The notes under the pieces: model-generated
The model's input: only the letters and a program-made list of their open reading frames with translations
What the model was told of the DNA's origin: nothing
Database searches by the model: none
Made by a program: the position numbers and the translations under genes
Assembly: GCF_006345805.1 (NCBI RefSeq)
Contig: NW_021833962.1
Location: 1-64,000, forward strand
DNA from: Octopus sinensis
Taxonomy: Eukaryota
Direction of reading: 5' to 3'
DNA length: 64,000 bases
Shown: in pieces, positions 1 to 12,625 of the stretch
Numbering within the stretch: position 1 is the stretch's first letter
Layout: each line of letters begins with the position of its first letter

Positions 1-35
<35 letters not shown>

Positions 36-52
36 GAGAGAGAGAGAGAGAT

Positions 53-106
<54 letters not shown>

Positions 107-130
107 GAAGTGGCTCAGATGGTAACTTAC

Positions 131-181
131 GTCAAGAATTATATTTCGAAACATCTTAGATTGAAGGCTTTCGGCAATTTC
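131..181 (-). CDS. ELMO: ELMO coding exon 10 (51 nt)
   Basis: cttgcag|EIAESLQSKMFRNIILD|gtaagt; corresponds to ELMO1 EMANILAQKQLRSIILT. Confidence 0.9.
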
Positions 182-1103
182 CTGCAAGATAAGAAAGAGA
201 TGGGATGAAAAAACCCAAATAATAATAATAATAATGATTTCAAATTTTGGCACAAGGCCAGCATGTTTGGGGATAGGGGCTATGTTGATAACACCAACCC
301 CAGTGCTCAACTGGTACTTAATTTATCAACCCCGAAAGGATTAACCCTTTAGTGTTCAGATTATTCTATCAAACATAATGTCTATTGATTCCCATTGATT
401 TGAATTAATCATGCATTATCTCATATCTTCAAGATCTTGATGGTGTAATTACTTAATGTAGAATAACATTGTAGGGTAGGTGTGAGAGCCTGGATCTGGT
501 CAGTTTGAACATAAAACAGACTAGCTATTTTAGCCGGTTATGGCCAGTTGAAATACTAAAAGGTTAAAGACAAAGTCGACCTCAGTTGAATTTGAACTCA
601 GAACACAGCAATAGCTGAAACACAGTTAAGCGTGTCATCCAGTGTGCTAATGATTCTGCCAGCTTGCCGTCTTATTTATAATGATAATGATAATCCTTTC
701 TACTATAGGCACAAGGCCTGGAATTTTGTGGGAGGGGTCCAGTCGATTACATCGACCCGAGGAGGGAGCGAGTTGATTACATTGACCCCCAATGTGAAAC
801 TGGTACTTACTGGTTGCTAATTTTTAAAGGAAAGAAAAAGGTCAATAAATACTTGACATTACATTTTTTAATCAACCAAAATAGAACCATTTTGTTGCAC
901 AGGCGTCTCCATCTTTCCTTTAACCTGAAAATACCCTCTTCCCAGAATTGAGGTGTCTGGGAGGGTAAGTCGAAAGGTAAGCTACTGTAAATCGGCACAA
1001 ACTTTCTGGACAACCCAATAATAATAATAATAATAATGGTTTCAAATTTTGCCCCAAGGGCAGCATTTTTGAGGGATTGATGGTCTGCACTGCTCTCTCA
1101 ATC

Positions 1104-1143
<40 letters not shown>

Positions 1144-2939
1144 GTGGATTGTCCGGAAACTTCGTGCCGATTTTTAAAGGAAAGAAAAAGGTCATTAAAT
1201 ACTTGCCATTACATATTTAATCGACCAATGAACCCTTTTGTTGCACAATATGTCTCCATCTTTCTTTTATCTTGAAAATACCCTCTTCCCAGAATCGAGG
1301 TGGCTTCATGGCAAAGAATTCATCAAGGTATCTAGTCAATTACATCGACCCCAGGGTTTCACTGGTCCTTAATTTATCGACCCCAAAAGGATGAAAGGCA
1401 AAGTCAACCTCAGCAGAATCAAAACTTAAAGACAAATGAAATACCTCTAAGCATTTCACCCAGCATGCTAACGATTCTGCCAGCTTGCTACCCTTAATAA
1501 TAATAATAATAATAACAATAATATTAATAATAATGTCTTTACATTTTGGCACAAGGCCAACAATTTCAGGGGTGACAGGGTAAGTCGATTACATTGACCC
1601 CATTATTCAACTGGTACTTATTTTATCAACCCTGAAAGGGTGAAAGGCAAAGTCAACCCTAGCGAAATTTGAACTCGGAACGTAAAGACAGATGTGTAAA
1701 GATGGTTGAAATACTGCTAAGCATTTTGTCCAGCATCCCAATGATTCTGCCTGCTCATCACCTTAATAATGATAATGATAATAACAACAACAATAATGGT
1801 TTCGAATTTTGGCACAAGGCCAGCAATTTAGGGGGTTGGGGGTTGGGTTAAAAACATCAACCTCAGTACCCGACTGGACCCTTAATTCTTAACCTCAAAA
1901 GAATGAAAAGTAGACAACGTTACTTTTAAGGTACAGCATCAATTGAAATGCCCCCAATACTTTAGTAAACCCCACACCCAGGAATGGAAGCACTCCGTCG
2001 GTTACGACGACGAGGGTTCCGGTTGATCCGAATCAACGGAACAGTCTACTCGTGAAATTAACGTGTAAGTGGCTGAGCACTCCACAGACACGTGCACCCT
2101 TAACGTAGTTCTCGGGGATATTCAGCGTGACACAGAGAGTGACAAGGCCGGCCCCTTTGAAATACAGGTACAACAGAAACAGGAAGTAAGAGTGAGAGAA
2201 AGTTGTGGTGAAAGAGTACAGCAGGGATCACCACCATCCCCTGCCAGTGCCTCATGGAGCTTTTAGGTGTTTTCGCTCAATAAACACTCACAACGCCCGG
2301 TCTGGGAATCGAAACCGAGATCCTATGACCACGAGTCCGCTGCCCTAACCACTGGGCCATTGCGCCTCCACAAATAATGATAATGATAATAACAACAACA
2401 ATAACGATAATGATAATAACAACAACAATAATGGTTTCGAATTTTGGCACAAGGCCAGCAATTTAGGGGGTTGGGGGATTGGTTAAAAACATCAACCTCA
2501 GTACCTGACTGGACCCTTAATTCTTAACCTCAAAAGAATGAAAAGTAGACAACGTTACTTTTAAGGTACAGCATCAATTGAAATGCCCCCAATACTTTAG
2601 TAAACCCCACATCCAGGACCCCCCTATGAAAGCCCAACCAAAAAATAAGAGGAAGGTTAGGGAAGTGATGATGGACTCTTACTCACCTTGTGTTTTTGCC
2701 GATCGGCCTTCATCAACAGGGCATTGATAACAGCGATGAAGTTTTTGTGTAGTTCACTGGACTTACGGCATCTAGAGGGACACACAGACAGACATAAATG
2801 AAACAGACACACACACACATATATGTATGTACAGGTGTGGGTATAGTAGAAGAAACTTGCCCAAGGTGCCATGCAGTGGGACTGAACCCGGAACCATGTG
2901 GTTGGTAAGCAAGCTACTTACCACACAGCCACTCCTACG

Positions 2940-2975
<36 letters not shown>

Positions 2976-5900
2976 GTGAAATAGAAAGATGAATAATCTT
3001 GTAGTAGATTAATCAAAAGTTTAACCGATACCTTAGTAGCAAAAATCACAGCAGTAAACAGCACGGTTGGAGGTACAACCATCTGGCGTTGCAACCGTGC
3101 GTTGGTGCGGATAATTGAAATTAAAACATTATTGGTGAATTGAAGAAATGGAGCTGAACGCAGATTGAACAGAAATCGTTTTATTTCATTCTACACGTGT
3201 TTCGAAAGGCACAAATTACCAAAATCCGATTGAATAATGGGACCATATGTGTCTTTCTCTTCAGGAAGAAAAAGGAAATCCGCTGGAAAAACAAAAACAG
3301 AACAGAGGCTGAGCAAAAACAATCGAACTATGCTCCTAAGAGCCCATGGCGAAACTGTTTATCAGTGTATGTTGAGAACCGGTGGCTGAAGAATTCAACG
3401 GGTCAGGCATCGGTCAATCATGTGGGTGAGGGTGTATAGATGTTCTTTGTGACCGAGCATAAAGTTCTGACTATTTAAGGAATATTGGATGTTTTATAAG
3501 GGGCGAGAAAAAATCTACTTAGAGACGTGTGTGTGTGTATACTGTTCTATATATGTGTGTGTTGGCGTAGGGGTAGAAAACATTTTTTGTGTACGTGTGT
3601 GCGTTTGATCGTTCGGCTGTCAGTGGCTACTGCCGTGATAACCGTTGGGTGGCAGAAAGAAAAAAAATATATATATATTATGTTTATGTGTGGTGTGTTC
3701 ATCTAAGCCTGCCTTGTCAAGGAAACCCCCCGCTGTGAAAAACCAAGCCCCGTTTGTCTTACAGGAGTAATTCCCCTTGCAGTGGTAATCGTAGATATTA
3801 AAGGCTATTTCAGAATTTGTTACCAAGGGCTATGGGTGCCGGTATTATTATAAACGCTATTTAAAAACCAGATAAGTGTAACGCCGCCAATGGGGGCATC
3901 GAAAAGCCGACTGTAAGAGCCCGTTTACCATCCGGCCTCTGGCAAACAAAATATGGAAGAGTTCGGAGACACAAAGGTTGCACTGTCTTCTGCCCCTATC
4001 AAATGGGAGGGCCACCGACAAAATTGACCATTCCAGCCTATAGCTTAAGTTCGTATCCTTCAGTCGCCATATTAGCTTACTGAGTCCCGTGGTCTGGCGC
4101 TTGTTCACGTCCCGAAAAGTTGCGTAATGGTTGGAGACACGCAAAGACAATCTTGAGGATGATGCCCCTACATAAGTGAAGACATCTGAGTCACTTATGT
4201 AGGGGCATCATCCTCAAGATTGTCTTTGCGTGGTGTCCAACCATTACGCAACTTTTCGGACGTGAACAAGCGCCAGACCACGGGACTCAGTAAGCTAATA
4301 TGGCGACTGAAGGATACGAACTTAAGCTATAGGCTGGAATGGTCAATTTTGTCGGTGGCCCTCCCATTTGATAGGGGCAGAAGACAGTGCAACCTTTGTG
4401 TCTCCGAACTCTTCCATATTTTGTTTGCCAGAGGCCGGATGGTAAACGGGCTCTTACAGTCGGCTTTTCGATGCCCCCATTGGCGGCGTTACACTTATCT
4501 GGCTTTTAAATAGCGTTTTAAATAATACCGGCACCCATAGCCCTTGGTAACAAATTCTGAAATAGCCTTTAAGATATCTACGATTAACCACTGCAAGGGG
4601 AATTACTCCTGTAAGACAAACGGGGCTTGGTTTTTTCACAGTGGGGGGTTTCCTTGACAAGGCAGGCTTAGATGAACACACACACACAAAAAACATAATA
4701 TATATATATTTTTTTTCTTCTGCCACCCAACGGTTATCACGGCAGTAGCCACTGACAGCCGAACGATCAAACGCACACACGTACACAAAAAATGTTTTCT
4801 ACCCCTACGCCAACACACACATATATAGAACAGTATACACACACACACGTCTCTAAGTAGATTTTTTCTCGCCCCTTATAAAACATCCAATATTCCTTAA
4901 ATAGTCAGAACTTTATGCTCGGTCACAAAGAACATCTATACACCCTCACCCACATGATTGACCGATGCCTGACTTGTAGAATTCTTCAGCCACCGGTTAT
5001 CAGCATACACTGATAAACAGTTTCGCCATGGGCTCTTAGGAGCATAGTTCGATTTGTTTTTGCTCAGCCTCTGTTCTGTTTTTGTTTTTCCAGCGGATTT
5101 CCTTTTTTCTTCCTGAAGAGAAAGACACAATATGGTCCCATTATTCAATCGGATTTTGGTAATTTGTGCCTTTCGAAACACGTGTAGAATGAAATAAAAC
5201 GATTTCTGTTCAATCTGCGTTCAGCTCCATTTCTTCAATTCACCAATAATGTTTTATATATATATATACATATATATATAGACGACGGGCTTCTTTCAGT
5301 TTCCATCTACCAAATCCACTCACAAGGCTTTGGTCGGCCTGAGGCTACAGTAGAAGACACTTGCCCAAGGTGCCACGCAGTGGGACTGAACCGGAACCGT
5401 GTAGTTGGTAAGCAAGCTACTTACCGCACAGCCACTCCTACGCCTATATATATATATATATATAATATATATATATATATATACACATATATATAGACGA
5501 CGGGCTTCTTTCAGTTTCCATCTACCAAATCCACTCACAAGGCTTGGGTCGGCCCGAGGCTATAGCAGAAGACACTTGCCCAAGGCGCCACGCAGTGGGA
5601 CTGAACCCGGAACCATGTGGTTGGTAAGCAAGCTACTTACCACACAGCCACTTCTGCATCTATAGTTCATGTCTTTTTAATTCTTTAAAAATACTTTTAT
5701 TTTGCGATGAGTTTTTTTTTCCCCCCCTTTGATGCAAATGGTCAAATCTAGCCCCAAACACCTTGTGTATGACAAGCAATGATAGAAAGATAAGGCGATG
5801 GGGCCAGTGTTCAATACTTACACAGTCATCAGTTTCGTGATCTGTCCTGGGGTGACGTACTTCTCCACTATTGTGTACTTGTCACTGGAAGTAATAGAAA

Positions 5901-6150
5901 ACAGGGAATTACAAGGAGACAGTGTATAGACACACAGACAGACAAACCAAGGATACATCACCCTACTGCTGCTGCTACTACTACTACTGCTGTGACCATC
6001 ACGACTTACCTGTTCAGTAGAACTGCCTCAATAATTTCCAAGGCTGTCTGCAGACATGTGTTATCGACATTGTTGTCGGAATAGCAGGACTCGTCGTCAA
6101 GGGTGCTGGCCACCTGCAATAACAACAACAACAACAACAATAATGATGAC

Positions 6151-6190
<40 letters not shown>

Positions 6191-6523
6191 TAATAATAAT
6201 AAGCAAAAGGGGCTGATTGCTACCTAACTCAGATACCAGGAAACTCCAAAATGGCAGAAATTCAAAAGATAGTGCTCATGGGAACTGCTCATATCCTATG
6301 CAAAATACTTTCTATGTAATCATAAGGTTTAAAACAAATATTAAAAAATTTTTTAAAAATTAAAAAATATTTTTTTAGACATCCACTAGGACAACACAAA
6401 AAACAACCAAATATATGGCACCCTAGGCATAACAACAACGTGAACTTCCAACTTGTTGTCTCTTGAGGTCTCTGGGTGAGACTTGGAGACAACTTGTGCA
6501 AATATAAAGCAAAAGTCAATCAT

Positions 6524-6562
<39 letters not shown>

Positions 6563-8938
6563 GTTTCAAATTTTGCAATAAGGGCAGCAATTTTCGGGGA
6601 GGGGTTGAGTCCATTACATTGACCCCAGTATGCAACTGGTACTTATTTTATCAACCCCTGAAAGGGTGAAAGGCAGAGTTGACCTCAGATTAATAATAAT
6701 AATAATCCTTTCTAATGAAGGCACAAGGCCAAGAAATTTTGGCGAGGGGACCAGTTGATTACAGCAACCCCAGTGCGTAACAGTGGTACTTATTTCATTG
6801 ACCCCCTGAAAGGATGAAAAGAATGCAACTGGTACATAATTTATTCACCCTGAAGGGATGAAAGGCAAAGTCAACCTTGGTGGGATTTGAACTCAGAAAG
6901 ATAAAAATGTCCCAAAGAATTTTGTGTGGCATGGTAATGATATATATATACACTAGTAGTATCGCCTGGCGTTGCTCGGGTTTGCAAGGGAAATAACTAT
7001 ATAAGCATCTTTAGAGAGTTACTTCCCTTATATAAACCAAGCCAAAAATCATTAAAAATGCAGAAAAATTATGGTAAATTTTTTTTAAAATTGTAGACTC
7101 ATCGTAGACGTGCGCTAATACCCAGAAGGGCTCGATATTAATCACAACTATAAGATACCCGGTTTTGGTTAAACTGCACCGCAAAATGTGGGAGTAGTTA
7201 GGAATCTAAATCGGAGTAGACAGACACTCACACACACAACTTCAGTTTTATATATAAAGATTTGCCACAAGGCTTGAAATTAAGGGAGGGTGTTTGTTGG
7301 TTACATTAACCCCCAGTACATGACTGGTACTTGACTGAGCCTGAAAGAATAAAAGACAAATTTGGTCTCAATATTGTTAGGACAATGATGATGATGATGA
7401 TGGTGATGATAAATATGGGTTATAATGATGCTTATGATGATGATGGTGATGGTGGTGATAATGATGACGATGATGATGGTGGCGGTGATGGTGGTGTTGG
7501 TGATGCAGGCTTACCTTTTCTATAAAAACCTCGTCCACAATGTCCCAACTGACGATACTGTGGTCCATTAGAGACACGAAAGATTTCAGGCAGAATGCCA
7601 GAGGAGTCCCTACACTGCAAGTGGTTGTGGCGGTAGTGATGGTCATGGTGGGAGACACGACAGAGAAAGAAAGAAAAAGAGAGAGACGATTGTGAGTTAT
7701 ATAACAATAAGGATATAAAAACATGCAAACAATTACATACAAACAATATGCATGAATGCTGTCCAGCCATCCATCCGTCCATCTGTTTGTCTGTCTGTCT
7801 GTCTATCTATCTTTCGGGTCGGGACCTACGGACAACTTCCAGAGATCCCTGGCCTAGCAGTGCTATCGAGAAGCGCTACCTGTTCGGGATAAGCTCTACA
7901 GGCATGGTTTGAGAAACATGGGGCCAACCAGCCCAAGATGCGATCAGGGCGATGCACTCAAATAGTGTCCAACCATTTCCGACCTGTGGGCCTATGTCGA
8001 ATGACTGCTGTCACGTGTGGGACGTGTCGGTTTATCAGCCAAGTCTATTGTCAATATTGTCATGCCTCCTTCCTTCAAACGGGAAGGAAGAGCTATTTTC
8101 ATCATCCTTGTGTCTATGGCGAAAGAATGTATCTGGTGGACGCGCCTGAAAGGATTAGAGACAAACACTTTCCTCTCTGGTCAATCTCTCATCAACATCT
8201 TCGAGTATCACTTGAAAAGGAAAGTGAGAGTAGAGAGGCAAGTTTTGTCTAGCGAATGTTTTAAAAAAAGATGGGTGAATGTAGCAAGGATGGCACGTAT
8301 GAATGACGAAGCCACCTTGACTATGATCCTATGAACCAAAAAAAGAAGGGAAAAAAGAAAGTCATTTACTGTAATGTGTTTTTTTGCATGACATTCTTGC
8401 CCGAGGTTACCATGGTCTTTTCCATAGGCTTTTCTTTCCACAGATAAACCTAATCTGTTTTCCCTTTTTACACAATGACATTCCTATGATACATGATCCC
8501 TATTGACTGGCCTTTTTGTTTTTTTTTAACGATCCCTTTTGATCGAATGTCTACCCCACCTTTATTTTTCTTTTTTTTTCCTTTTTCTCTTCCCCAAAAG
8601 AAAAGTTCTACTTTGTATTTTGTCCCCTCTGTGGCCAATAAAGAAACATATCTATCTATCTATCTACTTATCTCTCTATTTATCTATCTATGCACCTGTC
8701 CATCCGTCCATCTATATATGTGTATCTCTATCCATCCATCCCACTGTCTGTCTGTCTGTCTGTTTATCCATCCACTTATCTATCAGTCTGTCCATCTGTC
8801 CACCCACCACCCATCCATTCATCCACCCATCTATGACTGTCTGTCTATCTGTCCGTCTATATCTCTTTATGTGTCCGTCCAGCCGGAAACAGGTATGCTG
8901 CTGTAGAGGAGACAGATGGTTACCCAGCAAGTGGGATG

Positions 8939-8969
<31 letters not shown>

Positions 8970-11900
8970 ATTATAAGGGTCCTTACTACTGCTCCCTGTT
9001 ATTGACGATGGAGGTTAACAAGTACAATCCTTGCTTGCTGATGAATTCCTGCGCAAAGGAGCTGTCCGTAGATAAAGTCGACAGCAGCTTGAGGGCTTCC
9101 AGCTTCTTCGTCCATTCTGGGTCCTTTAGTTTGTCGTAAACTTCTTGAGAAGTTCTTACCTGGTGGAGGTAGAAAAAGAAAAGGTGATGGGGGAAGAAAA
9201 ATACGGACGTTATTAAGAATAGTATCAGCAATGTATGAGTGTGTGTGTACGAGTGTGTATGTGTGTTTTTGTGTGTGTGTGCATGTGTACGTGCGTGTAT
9301 ACCGTAAATCCTCGAGTATAATCCGCATTTTCCCCCCGAAAATTTAAAGGTTAAAATCCCTAGTGCGTACTATATACGAGGTTAAAAATGAAAATTATTT
9401 TCTAAGCAATGTCTGAGTCTCTATTTGTTTATTCAGATGCATTTTGTGATGCCGGGCGTGAAAATACCTTAAGCTAAGCAGTCATAAAAAAAATCATCCA
9501 TAACTTGCAGTAAGCAACATTTATTAAAATAAAAGTATTCAGATCACAGAATAACATGTAGCAAAAACAATTTGTAAACATATTTACATTCCCATATAAC
9601 AGTTAAGAACATCACCATTATTGTATTACACATGCGCGGAAGTGTTTGTTTGACTAGGTGCTGCTGGCTTAATTATGCATGACTCAAGTTAGAGAAGGGG
9701 TGCGTATTATACAGAAGGTTTAGGTTTTCCAGAGGTACAGCCCCCTAAAAATCCCCTGCGTATACACGTTTGCATTATGTTATATATACAATAATAATAA
9801 AAGACGTTACGTATACATTTTTACAAACCAAGGACGTTATATAGACCTCCTTGACTCAAGTTAGAGAAGGGGTGCGTATTATACACAAGGTTTAGGTTTT
9901 CCAGAGCTACAGCCCCCTAAAAATCCGCTGTGTATTATACTCAAGGGCGGACTATATTCGAGGATTTACCATATGTGAGTGTGTGCACGTGTGTGAGTGT
10001 GTACATGTGTATGTAACGTGTGCGTGTATGTATGTATATGCATGTGTGCGTGTATGTGAATGTATGCATGTGAACATGTGCGTGCGTGTGTTTTCCTCTG
10101 ACTAAAAGCAGTGAATACCATACTTACTGGAGAGCTGGTTAGTTTCAAGACAGTTCCTGTCTGGATTTCTCCCCGATTCTATAAAAGAAAACGTTTAGAG
10201 ATTGGAGGTTAGCTACCTGGGTAGGTCTAGAAGCTGTATATATAGTGTACAGGGTGTATATGCATGTATGTGTATATGTGTGTGTATCTATATCTATATC
10301 TATCTATCTATATCTTCTTCTAACTGCTCAGTCGAAGTCGACTCTCAGTCACTCGTTGGATCAGTGTCCTCCAATCAGTTCTATCCTGGGCCCCTTCCTT
10401 CAGACTGGCGATGTCCATTCTGGTATCACTCTTGATGGTGTCAAGCCAGCGGGTTCTTGGTCGGCCTCTTCCTCTCTTGCCACTGACCATTCCATACATA
10501 TAATATATATATCTCTATCCACTCAGTCGAAGTCGACTCTCGGTTACTCCATGGATCAGTGTCCTCCAGTCAGTTCTATTCTGGGCCGCTTCCTTCAGAC
10601 TGGCGATGTCCATTCTGGTATCTCTCTTGATGGTGTCAAGCCAGCGGGTTCTTGGTCGGCCTCTTCCTCTCTTGCCACTGACCATTCCGTACATATAATA
10701 TATATATCTCTATCCACTCAGTCGAAGTCGACTCTCGGTTACTCCATGGATCAGTGTCCTCCAGTCAGTTCTATTCTGGGCCGCTTCCTTCAGACTGGCG
10801 ATGTCCATTCTGGTATCACTCTTGATGGTGTCAAGCCAGCGGGTTCTTGGTCGGCCTCTTCCTCTCTTGCCACTGACCATTCCGTACATATAATATATAT
10901 ATCTCTATCCACTCAGTCGAAGTCGACTCTCGGTTACTCCATGGATCAGTGTCCTCCAGTCAGTTCTATTCTGGGCCGCTTCCTTCAGACTGGCCATGTC
11001 CATTCCGGTATCACTCTTGATGGTGTCAAGCCAGCAGGTTCTTGGTCGGCCTCTTCCTCTCTTGCCACTGACCATTCCGTACATATAATATATATATCTC
11101 TATCCACTCAGTCGAAGTCGACTCTCGGTTACTCCATGGATCAGTGTCCTCCAGTCAATTCTATTCTGGGCCGCTTCCTTCAGACTGGCCATGTCCATTC
11201 CGGTATCACTCTTGATGGTGTCAAGCCAGCGGGTTCTTGGTCGGCTTCTTCCTCTCTTGCCACTGACCATTCCGAGCATGATGTCCTTCTCCAGGGATTT
11301 TCTCCGCATAATATGACCGAAATATGCCAATCTATGCTTGGTGATCCTAGCTTCTAGCGACATTTTCTACCCTTATAATAAGGGTAGAAATTGATATTAA
11401 TCAATTAATCAATTAAAACCAGTGGCTTAGCATATTTAAAAAATCCGAAGATTAAAAATTGTGTTAAATACAAAATTACGAGGAATGACCATAATAAGTG
11501 GATTGGCATCAAAAGACTTCAGACATGATGGAAAGACCTGAAAGCTAAACCTTATGACTTGGATGCAAGAAGTTTGTACCAGACACTCGGGAGAGGAGTC
11601 AGGCAGGTTGGCATCAAAAGGGTTAAAGGTAATACGTATGTGTCCAGTTACATCATCATCATCGTCATCATCATTTAGCGTCCGTTTTCCATGCTAGCAT
11701 GGGTTGGACAGTTCAACTGGGGTCTGTGAAGCCAGAAGGCTGCATCAGGCCCAGTCTGATCTGACAGTGTTTCTACGGCTGGATGCCCTTCCTAACGCCA
11801 ACCACTCCGCGAGTGTAGTGGGTGCTTTTTACGTGCCACCCGCACAGGTACCAGATGAGGCTGGAAAACGGCCACGGTCGGATGGTGCTTTTTACGTGCC

Positions 11901-12590
11901 ACCGGCACGGGGGCCATCAATGCTGGCAATGGCCACGATCGGATGGTGCTTTTACGTGTCACCGGCACGGGGGCCAGGCGAGGCTGGCAATGGACACGAA
12001 CGGATGGTGCTTTTACGTGCCACCGGCATGGAGGCCAGTCGGGGCAGCGCTATGCCAAAGAATTGAGTTTAACCATTTCCTTACCTTTTCTGTGATGTAG
12101 TTCTGGCGGTTGGAGTCTGTGAACTGCAAGGCGTAGTTCTCCGTATCGGTTAACTGCCAACTGAGAGGAGGAGAAGGAAGAAAAGAGACCGAAAGAGTTA
12201 CAAAGAAGGTGGGAGGGAGTAAGGGATCATTTGTTGTTAGTAAACATGGCTGTGTGGTTAAGAAGCTTGCTTGCCAACTACATGGTTCTGGGTTCAGTCC
12301 CACTGTATGGCACCTTGAGTAAATTTCTTCAGCTATAGCCCTGGGCTCACCAAAGCCTTGTGAACACATTTGATAGACTGAAACTGAAAGCAGCCGGTAA
12401 TATGTCTATGGAGAGCAAATGTAAACTGCAATACAGGGCTTCCAAACGGACAGACAGAATTTCACATTTATTATTATTATTATTATTATTGAGTGAGAGA
12501 GCAGTGCATATGAAGTCCATCATGACTACCCGTCTGATAAGGGTACACCAGGCACATGCATCACAACCATATGTGCGCGACATGGTGATC

Positions 12591-12625
<35 letters not shown>

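Larger units (their letters stand above)
2975..5256. mobile_element. Penelope-like element (PLE) fragment duplicated head-to-head as a ~2.1-kb palindrome
   Basis: Arms 3122-4179 and 4191-5256 are near-perfect reverse complements around an 11-nt spacer. Both encode a peptide typical of the C-terminal part of a PLE GIY-YIG endonuclease (TGLSKLIWRLKD..Y.LEWSIL..A.PF..G.R.CNLC.SE..HIL), and both end in a hammerhead motif. Confidence 0.85.

Noticed and set aside
7810-8450. Possible degraded LINE fragment on the minus strand (RPTGRKWLDTI-like)
   Set aside because: Motif similarity is too weak and the frames too broken to support a call.
10245-11357. 370-aa plus-strand ORF with internal repeats
   Set aside because: Artefact of 195-bp (multiple of 3) tandem copies read antisense to an RTE tail, inside an ELMO intron.
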